This document shows positions 44,181 to 58,599 of a stretch of 64,000 bases of DNA, one piece after another (the stretch's first letter is position 1; the number at the start of each line of letters is the position of its first letter). Origin of the DNA: Sphagnum compactum (Eukaryota). The translations under genes were made by a program, and so were the position numbers. A model generated the notes under the pieces. That model was not told where the DNA came from and searched no databases. It was given only the letters and a program-made list of their open reading frames with translations. The stretch is from positions 21,070,213 through 21,134,212 of the forward strand of contig OZ234493.1 in NCBI GenBank assembly GCA_965153455.1, written 5' to 3'.

Positions 44181-46472
44181 CTTGTTTACTTGAATGAAAA
44201 TGAATAGAGAAATTATTTTGGTGTGCCAAAACAATGGTGAAAAGAGAAGCTTTGATGTGTTAAAATGAAAATGAAAATAGAAAGACTTTAATGTGTTAAA
44301 GTGAAAATGAGAAGAGAAAAAAAAATGTGATTTGAACTCTTTTTCTATGTTATATAATCTCCATGAACCATAACCCCTGAATCCCTTACACCTATTATGT
44401 TGTCCCTTAATCCCTAACCCTATTCCTTAAAGGTCAACCCTTAATTTAATTATAAACTTAAAAATTTGAAGTCCCAAGTCTCAAGTTTCAAAGGCTAACT
44501 TAAAACCTAAACATTAAACCCTAAAAAGACCAAAAGTAAACTTTTAAAACTAAATCATAAAATATCAAATCTCAATTCCCAAAAGTTAAACCTAAAACCT
44601 AAACCCTAAAAAAACCAAATATAAACTATAACTTATATAATTCCCAAAAGTTAAACCTATAAACAAAACCCTAAAATCTCAAATCTTAAATCCCATGTAG
44701 CCTCATGTAGCCCTATATAGCCATATAAAGTTTATATAACCACACATAACTTATATAACCATACATAACCATACATAATCATATAAAATATATATAATCG
44801 CATATAAGCATGTAACCCTAATACATTCTCATATAACCATATTGAGTTTATATGACCAAAACATAACCATATATAGTTATATAAGGTCTATATAATCATA
44901 TGTAACTTATATAGCCATAACCCCTAGTCTATAATCTTGATGGGCTTCATGGACTTCTGTAAACCAACATATCATAGTTCATAAGTGGACAACTTGCAAG
45001 GTGAAAAAAAATGTTGGAAAGGTGTTGATGTTGAGTTTTCAAATTTTGGTCCTTATTGCTAGACTTTGCAAACAATAGTCAAAAGGGAATGAAGCACGAA
45101 ATAAAAGTTGAAACTTAAACCTGACAAGGCATGACTTTTAGGAAAACATGATGAAACCTTGTTAATCATAAATAAACCAAAGCACCAAAAAAACGGGAAT
45201 ATATCTTCTTCGAAAAATGGAACAAAATGGAAGGGCCCATGTCCAAGAAGATAAAAAGAACAACCTAAGAGGGCAAACCACAAAGGGAACATCAGATTCC
45301 CAAACCCTTTCCAATTGCAAAAAACATATCAAATAAGGAAAGGGCAAAACCTCTTGAAAAGATGCCTAGCCTAGAAAAACCTTCACCTACTGCAATAACA
45401 CATCTCAAAATAAAGATCACATGCGCACATTATAACGCCATTGACACCCTCTACCTATAAAATGTGCACAAAACTTAGAGAAGAAAACTTCTAATGCCCG
45501 TCACTACACACGCCATGTTGGCACATTGATAAAGAAACCCGCCCACCTATTGGTGTAGACATCCGAAAACCTCCACAACTAGAGGGAGAAACATGTCCAT
45601 TATAAATGTTATTATGGAACTAAGTTGATGTTATGTGTATTACCCATTTAAAAGAAGGTTGCATTCATCACAAACTTCATGGGCCACAATTTAACAATAA
45701 TAGTTGTGCGAAATATGTTTTTCATAGGTTTGTGTGGAATAAACACAAATGTCATTCATCTATTTGTATTGTTTGAACATTGATGTCATGTGCATTGTTT
45801 AGACATGAATGTCATATGCTTATAAGTATTGTTTAAACACGAATGTTGTATGTATATTCGTGTTGTTTATACACGAAAGTCATGCACATGATGACTTATA
45901 ACTTCTACGTTTAAATAATGCATGACTTTCATGTTTGAACAATACGAATTTATGAAATAACATATTTTGCATGAATTTGGAACGAACCCATGAAGCTTAT
46001 AAATTTGTGATGTTGTAGCTAATGCTTATTTACACATCCAAATTCAATCTTTTTAAATAGTGTTTAAGAAAGGGTTGGGTTGTACCGTGTGCATATTCAA
46101 ATTAGTGTTTACAAGCCATTATATTGTTGATGGACTTGTTTTAAACATGGTGTGATGAGATTTTATTGATATTAATTCCCCCAAACAAATATGAAATTAT
46201 TATAATGATGTATTGGTATATAGATGAAGCCCTAGTATATGTTACTAATATGGGTATGCCAATATGTGATACCCATAGAACTCGATATGATATATTCAAC
46301 ATACTTAAATGTTTTGCACATATTGCCCTAATAAAATGTATGTTCTTACCCATGTTGTTAACTAACATGACTAGTTTTTCTTATCAAAAACCTTGTTTCT
46401 TACCAATATCCCCATTTTGGGATGGTGTTCTCCTTGGTAAAAGTTTGAAGCTTCACATAGAAGCATCATATA

Positions 46473-48960
46473 CACTATGAGAAAAAGGGGTGTTTTACAA
46501 TTAGCCTTGCAACCTAATTTTTGAGTTGCACCGAACACTTGCAATTCATTGTATATATACATCGTTAGTGTTAATAAACAAGTTGCATGAGTTGCAAAAT
46601 TGTAACTCACTATATATACGATGCAACTCATTTATAATTACACCCATGATGTCATGCTAACGTCATTAATTGTCATCCATTCATTAAAATCTAACACATG
46701 GCATAATTTTAAAAATTGTCACATGACATATTAATTATATATATATAGCTAGGTAGGTCGTACATAACCATAGGTAAGTAGGTTGGTAGGTTTTAAGACC
46801 TACATACCTATGTATTTATTTAGGACCTATTTATTTACCTAGGTAGGTAAGTAGATAGAAAAATACAAGACTAAATGAATTAAAGAATAATCATGAAAAT
46901 ATATATTTTTGTTTTATGTTTTGTTTTTATGGTTAAGTGTTTTTCAGTTCATCCAAAAATGGCAAATGTATTTTAATGTGAACACATAAAACAACATGTT
47001 TTCTTTATATAATTTATAACATGGGATTTAAAGACAAAACATATGGGTTAAATTTTTAGTTGTTCTTTAGTTTCAAATTGAATTGCAACTACAAAAAGAT
47101 TTTCCCACATGATTTGTGTTTGTTTTTCATTATGTAAGTTATATAATTAAATTAGCGATTATATGATAATTAAATATGTGATTAATTATTTAATATTTTT
47201 ATTTCAAATGGTGATTTGAATTTTTCTATTCAGATAATTACTTATCAAAATATTTTATTTGATTTTAAGAGAAATAATTATTTGAAACATTAAAATTTGA
47301 ATTATATATATATATTAATTAATTTGATTAATCAACCAATGAAAAATTTATTTAATTAATTAATCTAATTAAAATAATTAATTTGTTATGAATTAAAATA
47401 ATTAATATCAGATAATTAATTATCTAAATTCATATACTAGTCATTTATTATTTGAATTTTTATCAATTTAATTTATTATTTCATAATAATTAAGTAAATT
47501 ACATATTAATTATTAATATTAAATTATTGAAAAAAATAATTACTAAATATTAAATATTTGGCTAAAAAACATCAAGGTATAAATAGGCATATCGATATGT
47601 ACACTGAATTGGATTTTTAATATAATATACACATTGCTTTTAATTTCACATCTAAATTAATTATATGTATCCAAATAATTAATGACTTAATGACTTAAAA
47701 TAATTCAATATTCAAGAATTTTTGCATCATAAGTCCAAATGTCATGGAATGAAGCCCATGCACCCCTCCTCATTGAAAGCTTTTCAAATACACTAAAAAC
47801 ATGATCTAAAACATCCCAGTTTGGTGGATTTCATAATTACAAAACAAAAGAATCTACCTTATTTCATAGATAGATAGTCCATTATTTAATATAATCAATA
47901 AGTTCATAATAAGTACGTGTATTAAACATAATTAATATTTAATAGTCAAATTATTGAAACAATTATTTATTATAAACCATTACATATGAATATGTATCCT
48001 TATTAAGTCATAAATAGTAGCATCATAGTCATAACATAATTGAATAATAATACTTTAGTAGTGGCGCACTAGTGGCCCTACTAATTGCACCAATAGTAAA
48101 AAACTAGTTGCAAATGTATCCCATAATGGGTGGTGGAAATGTGGACACATGGTATGATTGCATGTATGTACATTATACACTAGTTGCAACATAGTTGTTG
48201 TTTTAATGACACATTTACAATAATAGTTGTTACATGTAACTACAATGCAACTTTTGAAAAAGTCAAACATAGTTGATTACATATGTATGTACAATGTGTA
48301 CAAATTATCGTATAAAAGACCCATTTTTAACTCACTTGCAACAATAATATAACAATTTATTTATTAACACCTTGTATTTTTAGGGGGATAGTTCAGGCCT
48401 CTTAAAATTACGGATTTCTAAAAATAGCGCCCGGATTTCCATAAAATAAGTTTGGAATTGTCCATAAAATAGGAAACAAATTTACACATGCAACAACTGG
48501 CAGCGGGGTTTCCTCAATAGGGTCCAGCATTTTTGTTCATATGTGCGCCATGAAGTCAACCCTATTCTAGATGAAGTATGCCCTAGAGTTCGGCCTGGAG
48601 GTCGTCTCCAACACATTTTCGCCAACACAACATAAGTTGAGTCTGATTATTCGATCTTTAAATGGGAGATGGACAAAAACCGGACCTCTTTGATGCATTT
48701 GTCATTGGAAGGTATCTTCCAAGCTAAGTAGTGATCAATGCTGCAGGCATTAGTTACCTAAAATTGCCTAATAATACATAATTCGAGTTGATCCATAATT
48801 CAAGTCCAACAATGTCCATAATTTAGCTTAATTTATTTGATTTATGGAAATCTATAACTTTATGAAGCCTAGGATAGTTGTAAAATAATTGTACACGAAT
48901 TGTTTTTTGAACTTTAGTTGTAGGGCAATGTGGTTTCAACGAATGTGATTTTTCATAGTG
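46473..48960. mobile_element. Non-autonomous CACTA element 2, 2488 bp, related to element 1 and inverted relative to it
   Basis: Ends CACTATGAGAAAA ... ATTTTTCATAGTG; TSD ATA (46470-72, 48961-63); gttgca/tgcaac subterminal repeats; 46750-47050 resembles the reverse complement of 40560-40870. Confidence 0.82.
48394..48871 (+). mobile_element. 478-bp hAT deletion derivative nested in CACTA 2
   Basis: 8-bp TSD GGATAGTT (48386-93, 48872-79); imperfect TIR CAGGCCTCTTAAAATTACGGATTTC / TAGGCTTCATAAAGTTATAGATTTC; internal FANTT*VESDYSIFKWEMDKNRTSLMHLSLEGIFQAK resembles a hAT C-terminus. Confidence 0.82.
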
Positions 48961-49599
48961 ATAGGTTTTAAGAATGGAAGTAGTGGAACTAATGAAAATA
49001 ATTTGGAGCTAACATTTTTTTTCACTTTCTCAATATTCAAGTACATTGTTGTTTTGCACTTCAAATGTGAAAAATGTAGCTCTTCAATTCACTCATAATG
49101 TTTTCTTGTAAGTGTCTTTGTGTTTTTGTTGTAATGGGGTTAGATCAAATTATGTGCATGGACACAATGAAAGTGCCATAGTTAAAGGAGGCATGCAATG
49201 GCAAATCCAATACATTGTTCTTGATGCAAATTAAAAATATGGGTGTTTCATCATTACAATTCCTTCGTTTGGTATTTTTAAAACTTTAACATAAGAAATG
49301 TCAAGCATGTCGATGTAATGAAGCTACACAAATCTAAAGATGTGATGCATATTCAATTACCTTATGATAAATGAAACAAGTTTTCAAAGCATGAAAACTT
49401 GAAACTTGAAATGTAAAAAAAGGGATCATGAATTACAATGAAGTTCATGACATTGCCATGATGAAAAAACATTTGAGCATTACAAAGTTCAATTGCATGC
49501 GAATTAAAAAGTAGGTGGTCAACAAAAAACAAATAAACAAAAAGAAATCTCGCTTTCAACAATTGCAAATTTGGGTTAAAAACTCATTTCAAGAAATGT

Positions 49600-50130
49600 G
49601 ACACAATGCAAATTCATTTTGTTATGAACACGGTTTTAATCATTGCAAAAGATTGCATAAAGTTGTTGATTATTGAAAGTTTTGAGTTGTGGCAACTTGT
49701 GTTACATTGTGACCCCAATATCACATTTTGATTTCACAAATAACTTATGCAATCCAACATTTACCCATGATGTTGGTGAAACCAATGGAATGTTTCATTC
49801 ATTCAATAATTACTACTCGTCATTTGCATGCATCACTTTTGATTTATAGATGTGTTGTGTTGATATGTTTGTGTTAGTGATGAACTTTGTAGATGATTGT
49901 TTAGTGCCTTCTCACATGATGATTGGTTTGTTTAAAGTGTCAAACACTTCTTGTGTTTCTTTACTATAAAGAGTGAAATCCTTATTGAAAAAGTTTCAAT
50001 TCACAATCAAAGTCATTTTATACATGAAAAATGAGGGGTTAAATCTAGGGATGTTTAATAATGCCTTAACTTTTGTTGTTAGTTGTAAGTTTTTGAACTT
50101 GTACATAGGTACTTGTTTTGGACACTTCAC
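49600..50130 (+). pseudogene. hAT transposase catalytic-region remnant
   Basis: TFDL*M..VDMFVLVMNFVDD.LVPSHMMIGLFKV..VKSLLKKFQF..KVILYMKNEGLNL matches the hAT RNase-H core pattern (DxW..., D.GxN), degenerate. Confidence 0.62.
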
Positions 50131-53100
50131 ACCAAAATGTTTCAAGTTTTGCAACAAGTGAGGATAAGGTGTGCATGGAAAAGAGATGCACACCTCCTTA
50201 ATCTTTCTATATGAAGGTTTCATTCAATCAGTATATATGTAAATTGAGGCACCCCTAAATTTGTCCTTAGGTACATATCCCTAAAATGACAACAATAGAA
50301 CAAATGGAAAAGAAAAAAGAACTTGGGGACATGTTTTTAAACTTTTCACACTAAAAAAAAAGGGTAAGTGGGAGATTTGTGATAGGATTATGATGATATG
50401 AAAATCACACACCTCATGAATAAATCATCTACACAAACCAAACAATGCAAGCAGTTAATGCAAATGAGGTTGACTTTGGGTGATGGATTTTCTCACACTT
50501 GTGGTGGAAATGTGTGTGAGCCCCATTACACTTTCATGCATTGCATCCTTTCTTGTGCCCCAACTTTGGTCACAAACCCAAGACTAAGGTCATGACAACA
50601 ATATACCATAATTGAAAAAATAATTTTAACACATATTAACTATGATAGGGCTCCATGTGTTTTCACAAATGTTTTATTCTATTTATACTCTATGACAAAT
50701 TCATTCACATCACCCACACTTTCAAATGATGGTGGGGTTTTGAACTCTTTGAATTTGTAAACATTGAGGAGTTTAATTTGCATTTTCATTAAAGTTATAT
50801 TATTTTATTTATTTAGTGGTTCATCAAATTTTTTATTTGAAATGTTAAACATTTTAATCTTTAATTTGACAAGAACATTTCATAAATCATTTTTTTCTCA
50901 TTATTACATATGTTCTTATAAGTTCTAATAACAAATCGAATGAATTTGTGAAACTCATCAATAACACGAAACACATACTATTCATGATGATGACGAAAAC
51001 ATATTTGCATACATGTGAATCATGACACACACACAAAACAACATAAGGTCAATGCCAATATTAATTTTCATTTCTTGCACATGTTAAATAAGAATATGTT
51101 TTCAATGCTAATTACAAACCAAAACACCATGATTGCAATTTGTAGCCTTTTGTTGATTAGTAATATTGTTGTATGGAACACACAAGAACTTCCAATGAAT
51201 AACATCATCATATTGGTCAAATTAAAAAATTTATGTGATATATAATAAAATGTGAGCTTCACATGACATAATTAAATTGAATAAAAGAAACATTGAAAAT
51301 TTGTGTTAAAAATGACTTGTCAAATGCAATTTTACATTGATTCAATCAATAATTAAGTATCTCAAAAATATTTCATTTTCTCAAAACTAATATATATTTT
51401 TTCAATATTTGATATATAAACAAGATGATGTTAAATTTCACATATATGAAAACAAGAAAATTACACAATTCAAATATTTCCATCATACCCACAACATTAT
51501 TTTATTTTATTTTTCAATATACGTTGTTTTGTAATGTTCATTAAAAAATGAAAATGACATAATTTTCTAATGTGAATATTTAACAAAGTTATGTTTGTGT
51601 ATGTCGTCTTCAGTGCATTATGCACAATTTGAAAAGTTTACAAGAATGTTTGTTGGAATATGCACATCATAATTCATAAAATTTGAAAAACAATCACAAA
51701 TATAAAATATGTTCTTAAAAAGCATCCATGTCATGATCATCATTTGAATTTGCAACCAACTCTTGAGATGAATAACAAAAATGTCCATTTCAATATTAAA
51801 ACAAATTAAAAGTTTTCAAGTGGAAATTGGGTTGCAATGCACCAAAACTTGAAATAAGTGTAAAATAATGTGAACACATTCCCACATGAAATGAAAATGT
51901 GCAAGAATCAAAGAAATTATCCCAAGATTATCAAGTCAATCTGACCTTTTGAAAGCGGAGAATATTCATACAGCGATTTGGGGATCAAATCATTTAAAAA
52001 TCAATTGATCTCTAATATGGTGGGGTTACTTTGTCAAAAGAAAATGTTGGAAGTTTTGACGATTTGAAAAATTGAGCAAAAATGTTTCAAATGTTTTCAA
52101 ATATCCATAAGTGTTTCATGCATTTAATGCAATTTGACATTTGATATTACATTAGAAAGATATTTTTAAAGGATATAAAAAACGAGGAGTTTGCATGTCC
52201 AATGTGATTATGTTTCCAAAAAGTTATAATGACCATATGAAGTTTCAACACATTCCTAATCGTATAATTTGGGTTATTTCATAAAATTCGATGTTAAGGT
52301 TCACCTAGTCCATTTCAAAGGTGAAAACACATTGTGATGGATAAAAATGGGTGTTGTGAGTCATTTTTGAAAGTCCATTTCTAGTGTATTTTAGTTTAGT
52401 TTAAATTTGACCATGTGAATTTCATTGCATAATAAAATAAATAAATTATCCGGGGGGGGGACAATAATAAAAAAAGTAGAAAATATTTGAGTAAAAATAT
52501 AAGGTGCAATATATTGGTGTTGGGTGAAATTTATAAGTTAATTAGTTTTAAAATATGATATATTTTATTCAAATAATCAATTTAATTATAATAAATGGTA
52601 TGTAATAATATGAAACAATGGATTATAATTAATATAAGGTGGATTTAATATATATATGTATATTAGAAAATTAGATAATAATAGGGTGATAAAAATAGGT
52701 TGGACAATTGTCTAATACCCCCTTTAAAATGGTTGTTTGACACACGTAGATCGCAAACTTTACATTAAATTCCCCCTTGGGATAAATTATTGAAATTAAT
52801 GCATTCTCAATTGTGCTTGCTACATTATCAATGTTTTGGTGCATATGGAAAAACGATCAAAATCATGTTTTCTATACATAAATTTATATTGTGCATAAGA
52901 ATTTAAATTGTTATGTTGAATTAACTTCACCTAATCACTTCACACAAGCTATGAACAAAAATGTAATTTTATTGTTAAATATGTTCATTTTCATATGTTG
53001 TCACATTTTGTAATAATTAATTAATATAACACATCTTAAGGTCTTAACTTCCTCCAATTAATTTGAAAGGGGCCCTTAAACCTTAGGTGGCATTTTTTGA

Positions 53101-54899
53101 ATCTATAAATGAATCATTAGTTTTTTAAGTTTGCCCATATATTTTTATCTTGGGATTATTTTTGAAACTTGATGTGGTTAATCCAACATTTACATGTCTT
53201 AATTATAAGGTCTGGAACTTTGGGTATTAGCCATGACATTTCAAATTAATAATGTTCATTTGTTGATAGGAATAATAAGTTAAAAATAACATTATTAATT
53301 AACATATGGATCATATCATATATGTGATATGGATGCATTTGAATAATTGGAACCTAAAAGGAGAATTAAAAACGATGATTAATTTTGCATGATTTACAAT
53401 TTACAACTTATAAAGGTTTTTATCCAAATGTCATGAAATGAAATGAAAAAAAAGGTTAATCACATAAAATAATGATCAAAATTGTATCCACATATTCATG
53501 TTTTGGTATTAATCATGAGGTTTTGTACATGGATATCCCATGGTACTTATTATGACAATGGGAAAAAAAGAATGGTTTATATGGTTCAAATAAAAATGGT
53601 AGAAATGAAATATGAAAACAAAGGCATGGGAACATCGTGAAAGACAATTAATCATTTTAAAATTAAAATATATGAATGGCACAAGTAAATGTGTTATTAG
53701 TCATGGTTAATGGGAGGTGATTAAGCTTACACAATTAATTAAGGATGGCAAGTTAAATGGTTCGAATGATTTCCATAATAAAATTTCTATTAAACACGAT
53801 TTATATAAATTACATAAAACTTTAAATAAATTTTATATATGGAATGACAATAATTATGGGGGTTGTTGCAAAATTAGGTTTTAGCTCATGCAATGGGAGA
53901 AAGATATTTAAGGATTAACAAATATGTAATGAATTATTTTTGGTGAGGTGAAAACTAAAGACATGGGCTTATGCTATTTCTTAGTGCCAGAAAAAGAAGA
54001 AGAAAAAGGTACATCATACATTACATCCACAATGACATTGGCAATCAATCCTACCATAGGTCATAAAAAGTATAAATTAGGTGTTTAAATACGATTATAA
54101 AACCATGCTATTACATATGGGAATTTATATAATATAACTCATGTTAAAACATCCATTTTGAATCCATAATCAATGAAATTCATACATAATTGTTTAATTT
54201 GTTGAATTGATTTTTCATTGATGATGGATAACATTATCCATTATCACTTAATTTGTTGTCCATGGATGAAATTCATTCACAAAACATTCATTTGATATTC
54301 ATGATGGATGAACGTTATCCACCATCATCTATCATTGTCTTTTTTCCATCCATTTGTAAATAATTAAAAAATATGCAGAATGTTTTTTTCTAGACATGTG
54401 TTTAATGGTTACTTCCTTGAAGTAATCCCTCAAACACATACATGTTTTTCCTTATTTAAAATATGTTTAATGATAACTCAAAAATTGTTTGAAATACAAC
54501 CTTGCACCATAGTTTTGCTCAACTTGTTTTATGAAGCAAGCTTTTTGATGCTATGGATAAATTTTTTTCTGTATATTTTTGCATGGTTCATGTTCTCAGG
54601 CATGTCCCTATTTTTGCATATATAATAAGTTACATTTAAAATGCTATTTTGTTAAACCTACATGCCCATTAAAAGTATTTTTAGCATTGTAATTTCATGT
54701 ATGTAAAACAAGATTGAACATTTTAATGGATGTTGCACTCTTTTTTAAAATATGCAAAAAATGTTATAACATAATCAAATATAAATTGAGAAAGGATTAT
54801 AAATTTTTTATGTCATATTGATTGGATATAGAAATTAACTAATTAAAAATTTCAAATATATAAATTATTTACAAATGTTCTAATTGGATAATATTGAAA

Positions 54900-55620
54900 A
54901 AACTACCAACAAGTAATGGAAACAAAAATGTCTCGTATCAATTGACCATTATTTAAAATGGGTTGAAGCTAAAACGAATGATAATCAAACATTAACAATA
55001 ACTAAATTTTAATTTAAAAAATCGTATGTGAAAATATGTGCCTAGGTTTGTGCTCGTTCATCATAACAAAAGAATGGTTTGCAACGTTCACAAAGATGTT
55101 TGGAAAATTAAATTCAGATTATACACCAATTTTCTTACAAATAATGGCTAAGGTGCAATGTACAATGTTGAAACAATTGAACAAGACCATCCAAGATGGA
55201 TTGATTGTAATGGTTGCACTTCTTAAACATGTTTTGGATTTGGGACATCCCATTGACTAACATGATGTTGGGACATTGATGCAAAGTGAAATCAAACAAT
55301 ATATATACTATTGTTCATGGTGATGAAAAAACCTCTCAAGTTGACAAAAAATTGAGATTATTATGTTTGGTGATTGAATATGGAAGGGGAGTTTCATCAA
55401 ATGAAATAGTAGCTAATTTTAATGATGAATCTTTCAATAATAGGAAACATAATGAAACATTTGGAAACATTAACGAATGTAGGTTGGGTGCGTCACTTAT
55501 GCAATTTGAAGAAGGTGACAAACATTTCCACGTTGGGAGAAATCACTCCATAGGTTAAGATGAGAATGCCAGGTAAGAAGAAGTCTCTAGCTACAAATTG
55601 GGAAGGTCTACATTAGTTTG
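54900..55620 (+). pseudogene. Ty3/gypsy integrase remnant
   Basis: ..TSNGNK..IDHYLKWVEAK.. and a downstream KKSLATNWEG segment resemble the integrase core start and GPY-type module; highly degenerate; no LTRs recognised. Confidence 0.5.
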
Positions 55621-57649
55621 TTGAATACAATGTCAAAATAAAGTTAGAACTCCAAATACTGTTGAAGGTATTGAAATCTACAACATATTCAAGGAGGAGA
55701 TGAAGTAATAGGAAGAACGATTGTGGAATGGGTTCAAGAGTATCAATAGGAATAACAAGAGTATCAATCTACATTGGGAAATAAGAATTCAAGGGACACA
55801 ATTTTTTCCAAGATGGAGCGGTTCCACATTTGACACAACATGTAAGTGTGACTTTTTCATATGGTATTGTCATACCTACTTGTCACTTGTTCATATAAAA
55901 ACACGATACATTCATAATCAAGTGGAGTTCATTCTACCCTTAACTAGAGAAAGTAACCTTGAAAAAAGGACATATTCATAGAGAAAACATAGTTCTCACT
56001 ATTTACAATGAACATATACATGGTAAGTTAATTGAGAGTAGGAATTTCCAAAGGTGTTAAAGAGGTTCTTTTACATGGTAGGTTAATTGAGGGTAGTAAT
56101 GTACCAAGGTGCTAAAGATCGTCTTGCATTTAACTTGTTTAAGCTCCAATTTTGGGTTACAATAGACACTCCAGCAGAAATTCATTCCTGGGTGACACTA
56201 ACTCCTGTGTATGAGGAAGCAACACATATTCCAGGTGAGGAGCCAAACCCACCTTGAAAGCAAGCCATATATGGTTCACAACCTCGGCAAGTGCACAAAG
56301 CCACTAGATGTATGTTCAAAGGAGGAATTGGCTCAGAGTGTTTTTAGTTCTATGTAGTATTCTGCAGCCGATTAGGAGGTTTCCAAGGAAGAAAAAATGG
56401 CAAAAAAACCCAAACTTTTGGCACTAAGTTTGGACGCCAACCAAAGGATTGGTCTACTGAATTGGGTTTTTCTTGTGACAACCTTTGAAGTTTGCACACT
56501 TTGTAGGTGTGTTGGGTCCAGCTCCCCAAGCAGAGCCAGTGAAATGAAAACTAATACCCAAAGACTCTGGCTTCCAAGCCTAACCAACTTTGCCCACATA
56601 CAAGCCCATAACAGGTCCCACAATTATCATATCATTCTACTGTCCAGTTAATTGTAATATGTACATACCCCTCTCCTCCAGGTACTACTGATTGATGCCT
56701 GATGAGTTGACTACCGGAGGGGAGAAAAAAAGGAAAACCTTCAACTTCTTCACTGGATTTGCAAGGACAATTCTTGAAAAGGCAGAAAAAGACCGGCTAG
56801 GACAACACCCATTTTTCATTTACCCTCCTTGCTGGTATGATAGGTATGGTAGTCTCTTCTATTTTGTCAACACTACTTACAACAACAACAAAAAACCACA
56901 TACATGAAGCAGTCCAAAGTATCCAAAGTACATACATGCATATATACATACATACATACATTCATTCATTCATTCATACATAACCCCACCTAGGAGATCT
57001 GTAAGATGACAATACCTAGAAATTGAGTGCAGATTTTCAATACCCATTTGCTTGGAAGCTCCCAGGCAGACAACAGGGAAGTACCTGGGTAACAAAACCC
57101 ACCAAATACACACACTCAAAAACTTACTAAGAACAGGCACAGAAACTAAGGCAACTATTAGGCTGTAGTAGAAGCATAACAATGTTACACTCAACAATGT
57201 CAGGACCCCATCCATACTCACAAGACATATATTCCAGTTCTCTGAAAAACATGGAACAAAAACAAAAAAGAAAATTTGATTTGGACAAAAACAAAGGGTT
57301 CTTAACTACTACTCTCCATAAACCTTATGAAAATTGGATCCCCAAGGAAAAAGAAAAGAAACCAGAACCTGAAAACATCAAGGAAGCATCAAGCAAGCAA
57401 GCATGTTCATTATAAAATTTCCCCTCTCCATGATGCATTTTGGTGGCTTTTGCAAAAAGAACTTCTGCAAATTCGTGTGGAGTATAACCACTTTTCAGAA
57501 ATGGCATCACAGAACTTGAGAAGATTGCTGGCATCTACGAATGCATGAAATTCACATAGAAAAAGGGGTAGAAAAAAACCTTCACAACAAATTGGAGCTA
57601 AAGGATGTGCAGCACTTGTGTCTACCATGTTGTGCTTCTGAAGAGAGAA

Positions 57650-57652
<3 letters not shown>

Positions 57653-57690
<38 letters not shown>
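57653..57690. repeat. (GA)n microsatellite; similar tracts at 60770-60807 (CT)n, 146-173 and 25566-25590 (GGA)n
   Basis: Directly visible simple repeats. Confidence 0.95.
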
Positions 57691-57692
<2 letters not shown>

Positions 57693-58599
57693 AGGGGGTC
57701 GGTCGGGGGGGGGGTGAGCTGGAGCAGAATGCAGCAGAGAAGGTGAAGAAATTTGCTTTGTTGGGTGAAGCGAGATAGAGACTAGAGACTGTTTCATCGT
57801 CTGTGTTGTTGCTTCCAAGAGTGAGCAAGAGCTTGATTGAAAGAAGAAGAAGCGATGGGTTTGAATTCAACTTCCAGCAGAAGCAATCAACAAAGCAGAC
57901 ACAGAAAAAACCCAATCAATCAGGAGAAGAAATCCCAAAGAAAAAACAAAGAGAGAGAGAGAGATCCTAGAGTTCATGCATAGGAAAGCAAGGAAGAAAG
58001 AAAGAGCTCGAAAGAGAGAAAGAGGTCATGGTATTCTATCTTGCTGTTTGCTTCAAAATTGAGCAAGAGCATGTCTACAAGAATAAGAAGAAGAAGTGGA
58101 AGGTCTGAATTTCAACTTCCAGCAACAACAGGAGCAGCAAGAAAGACACCCGTAAGAAAGCCAAAAAAACCACACACACGCACACACATACACACACACA
58201 CAATCAATCAGGAGAGAAAAACCAACAAAAGAGAGCTCCTCGATCGAGCTCCCTTGAGGATCTTTGACGGTACCTAGCGCGAATCCTCGATGGTGGTCGA
58301 TGGAAGAAGACGAAGCAGGAGAGGCCAAAGGCTGGCTGGCTGGCTGGCTGATCGGGGATTGGGAAAGGAGACGATCATCCTGCCATCCTATGGCCGGTCA
58401 AGCACAAACTACAAACCCCATGTCATTCTTCCGTCCCCCCTCCCTTCCTGTCTGCCTGTCTGACTGCGTCACGAAAACGCCACACAATGCACCATTGCCC
58501 AGAGACCTAGGCAGCAGCACATCCCAACCCCTGCTGCTTAGCACTAGCGGTGAGTGGGTCGAGATGGTGGTCTACTCCACTAGGTAATAAGTACTGTGC

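Noticed and set aside
37495-44700. True telomere or chromosome-fusion scar
   Set aside because: Arrays are highly degenerate, all in one orientation and interleaved with transposase exons.
35117-44949. GAGCCCATC ... GATGGGCTT as outer TIRs of the Harbinger element
   Set aside because: Only an 8-bp match and no matching TAA/TTA TSD on the right; element boundaries remain undefined.
45660-46015. Foldback/MITE-like region with inverted gtcatg/catgac and ttgttt/aaacaa motifs
   Set aside because: Some inverted symmetry is visible, but termini and TSD could not be fixed.
57410-57628. 72-aa minus-strand ORF with an apparent in-frame GT-AG intron (57535-57579)
   Set aside because: The intron would be only 45 nt and the peptide has no recognisable family.
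57808-58216. Duplicated block as a snoRNA or miRNA cluster
   Set aside because: No convincing C/D or H/ACA boxes, foldback or known miRNA sequence could be seen.
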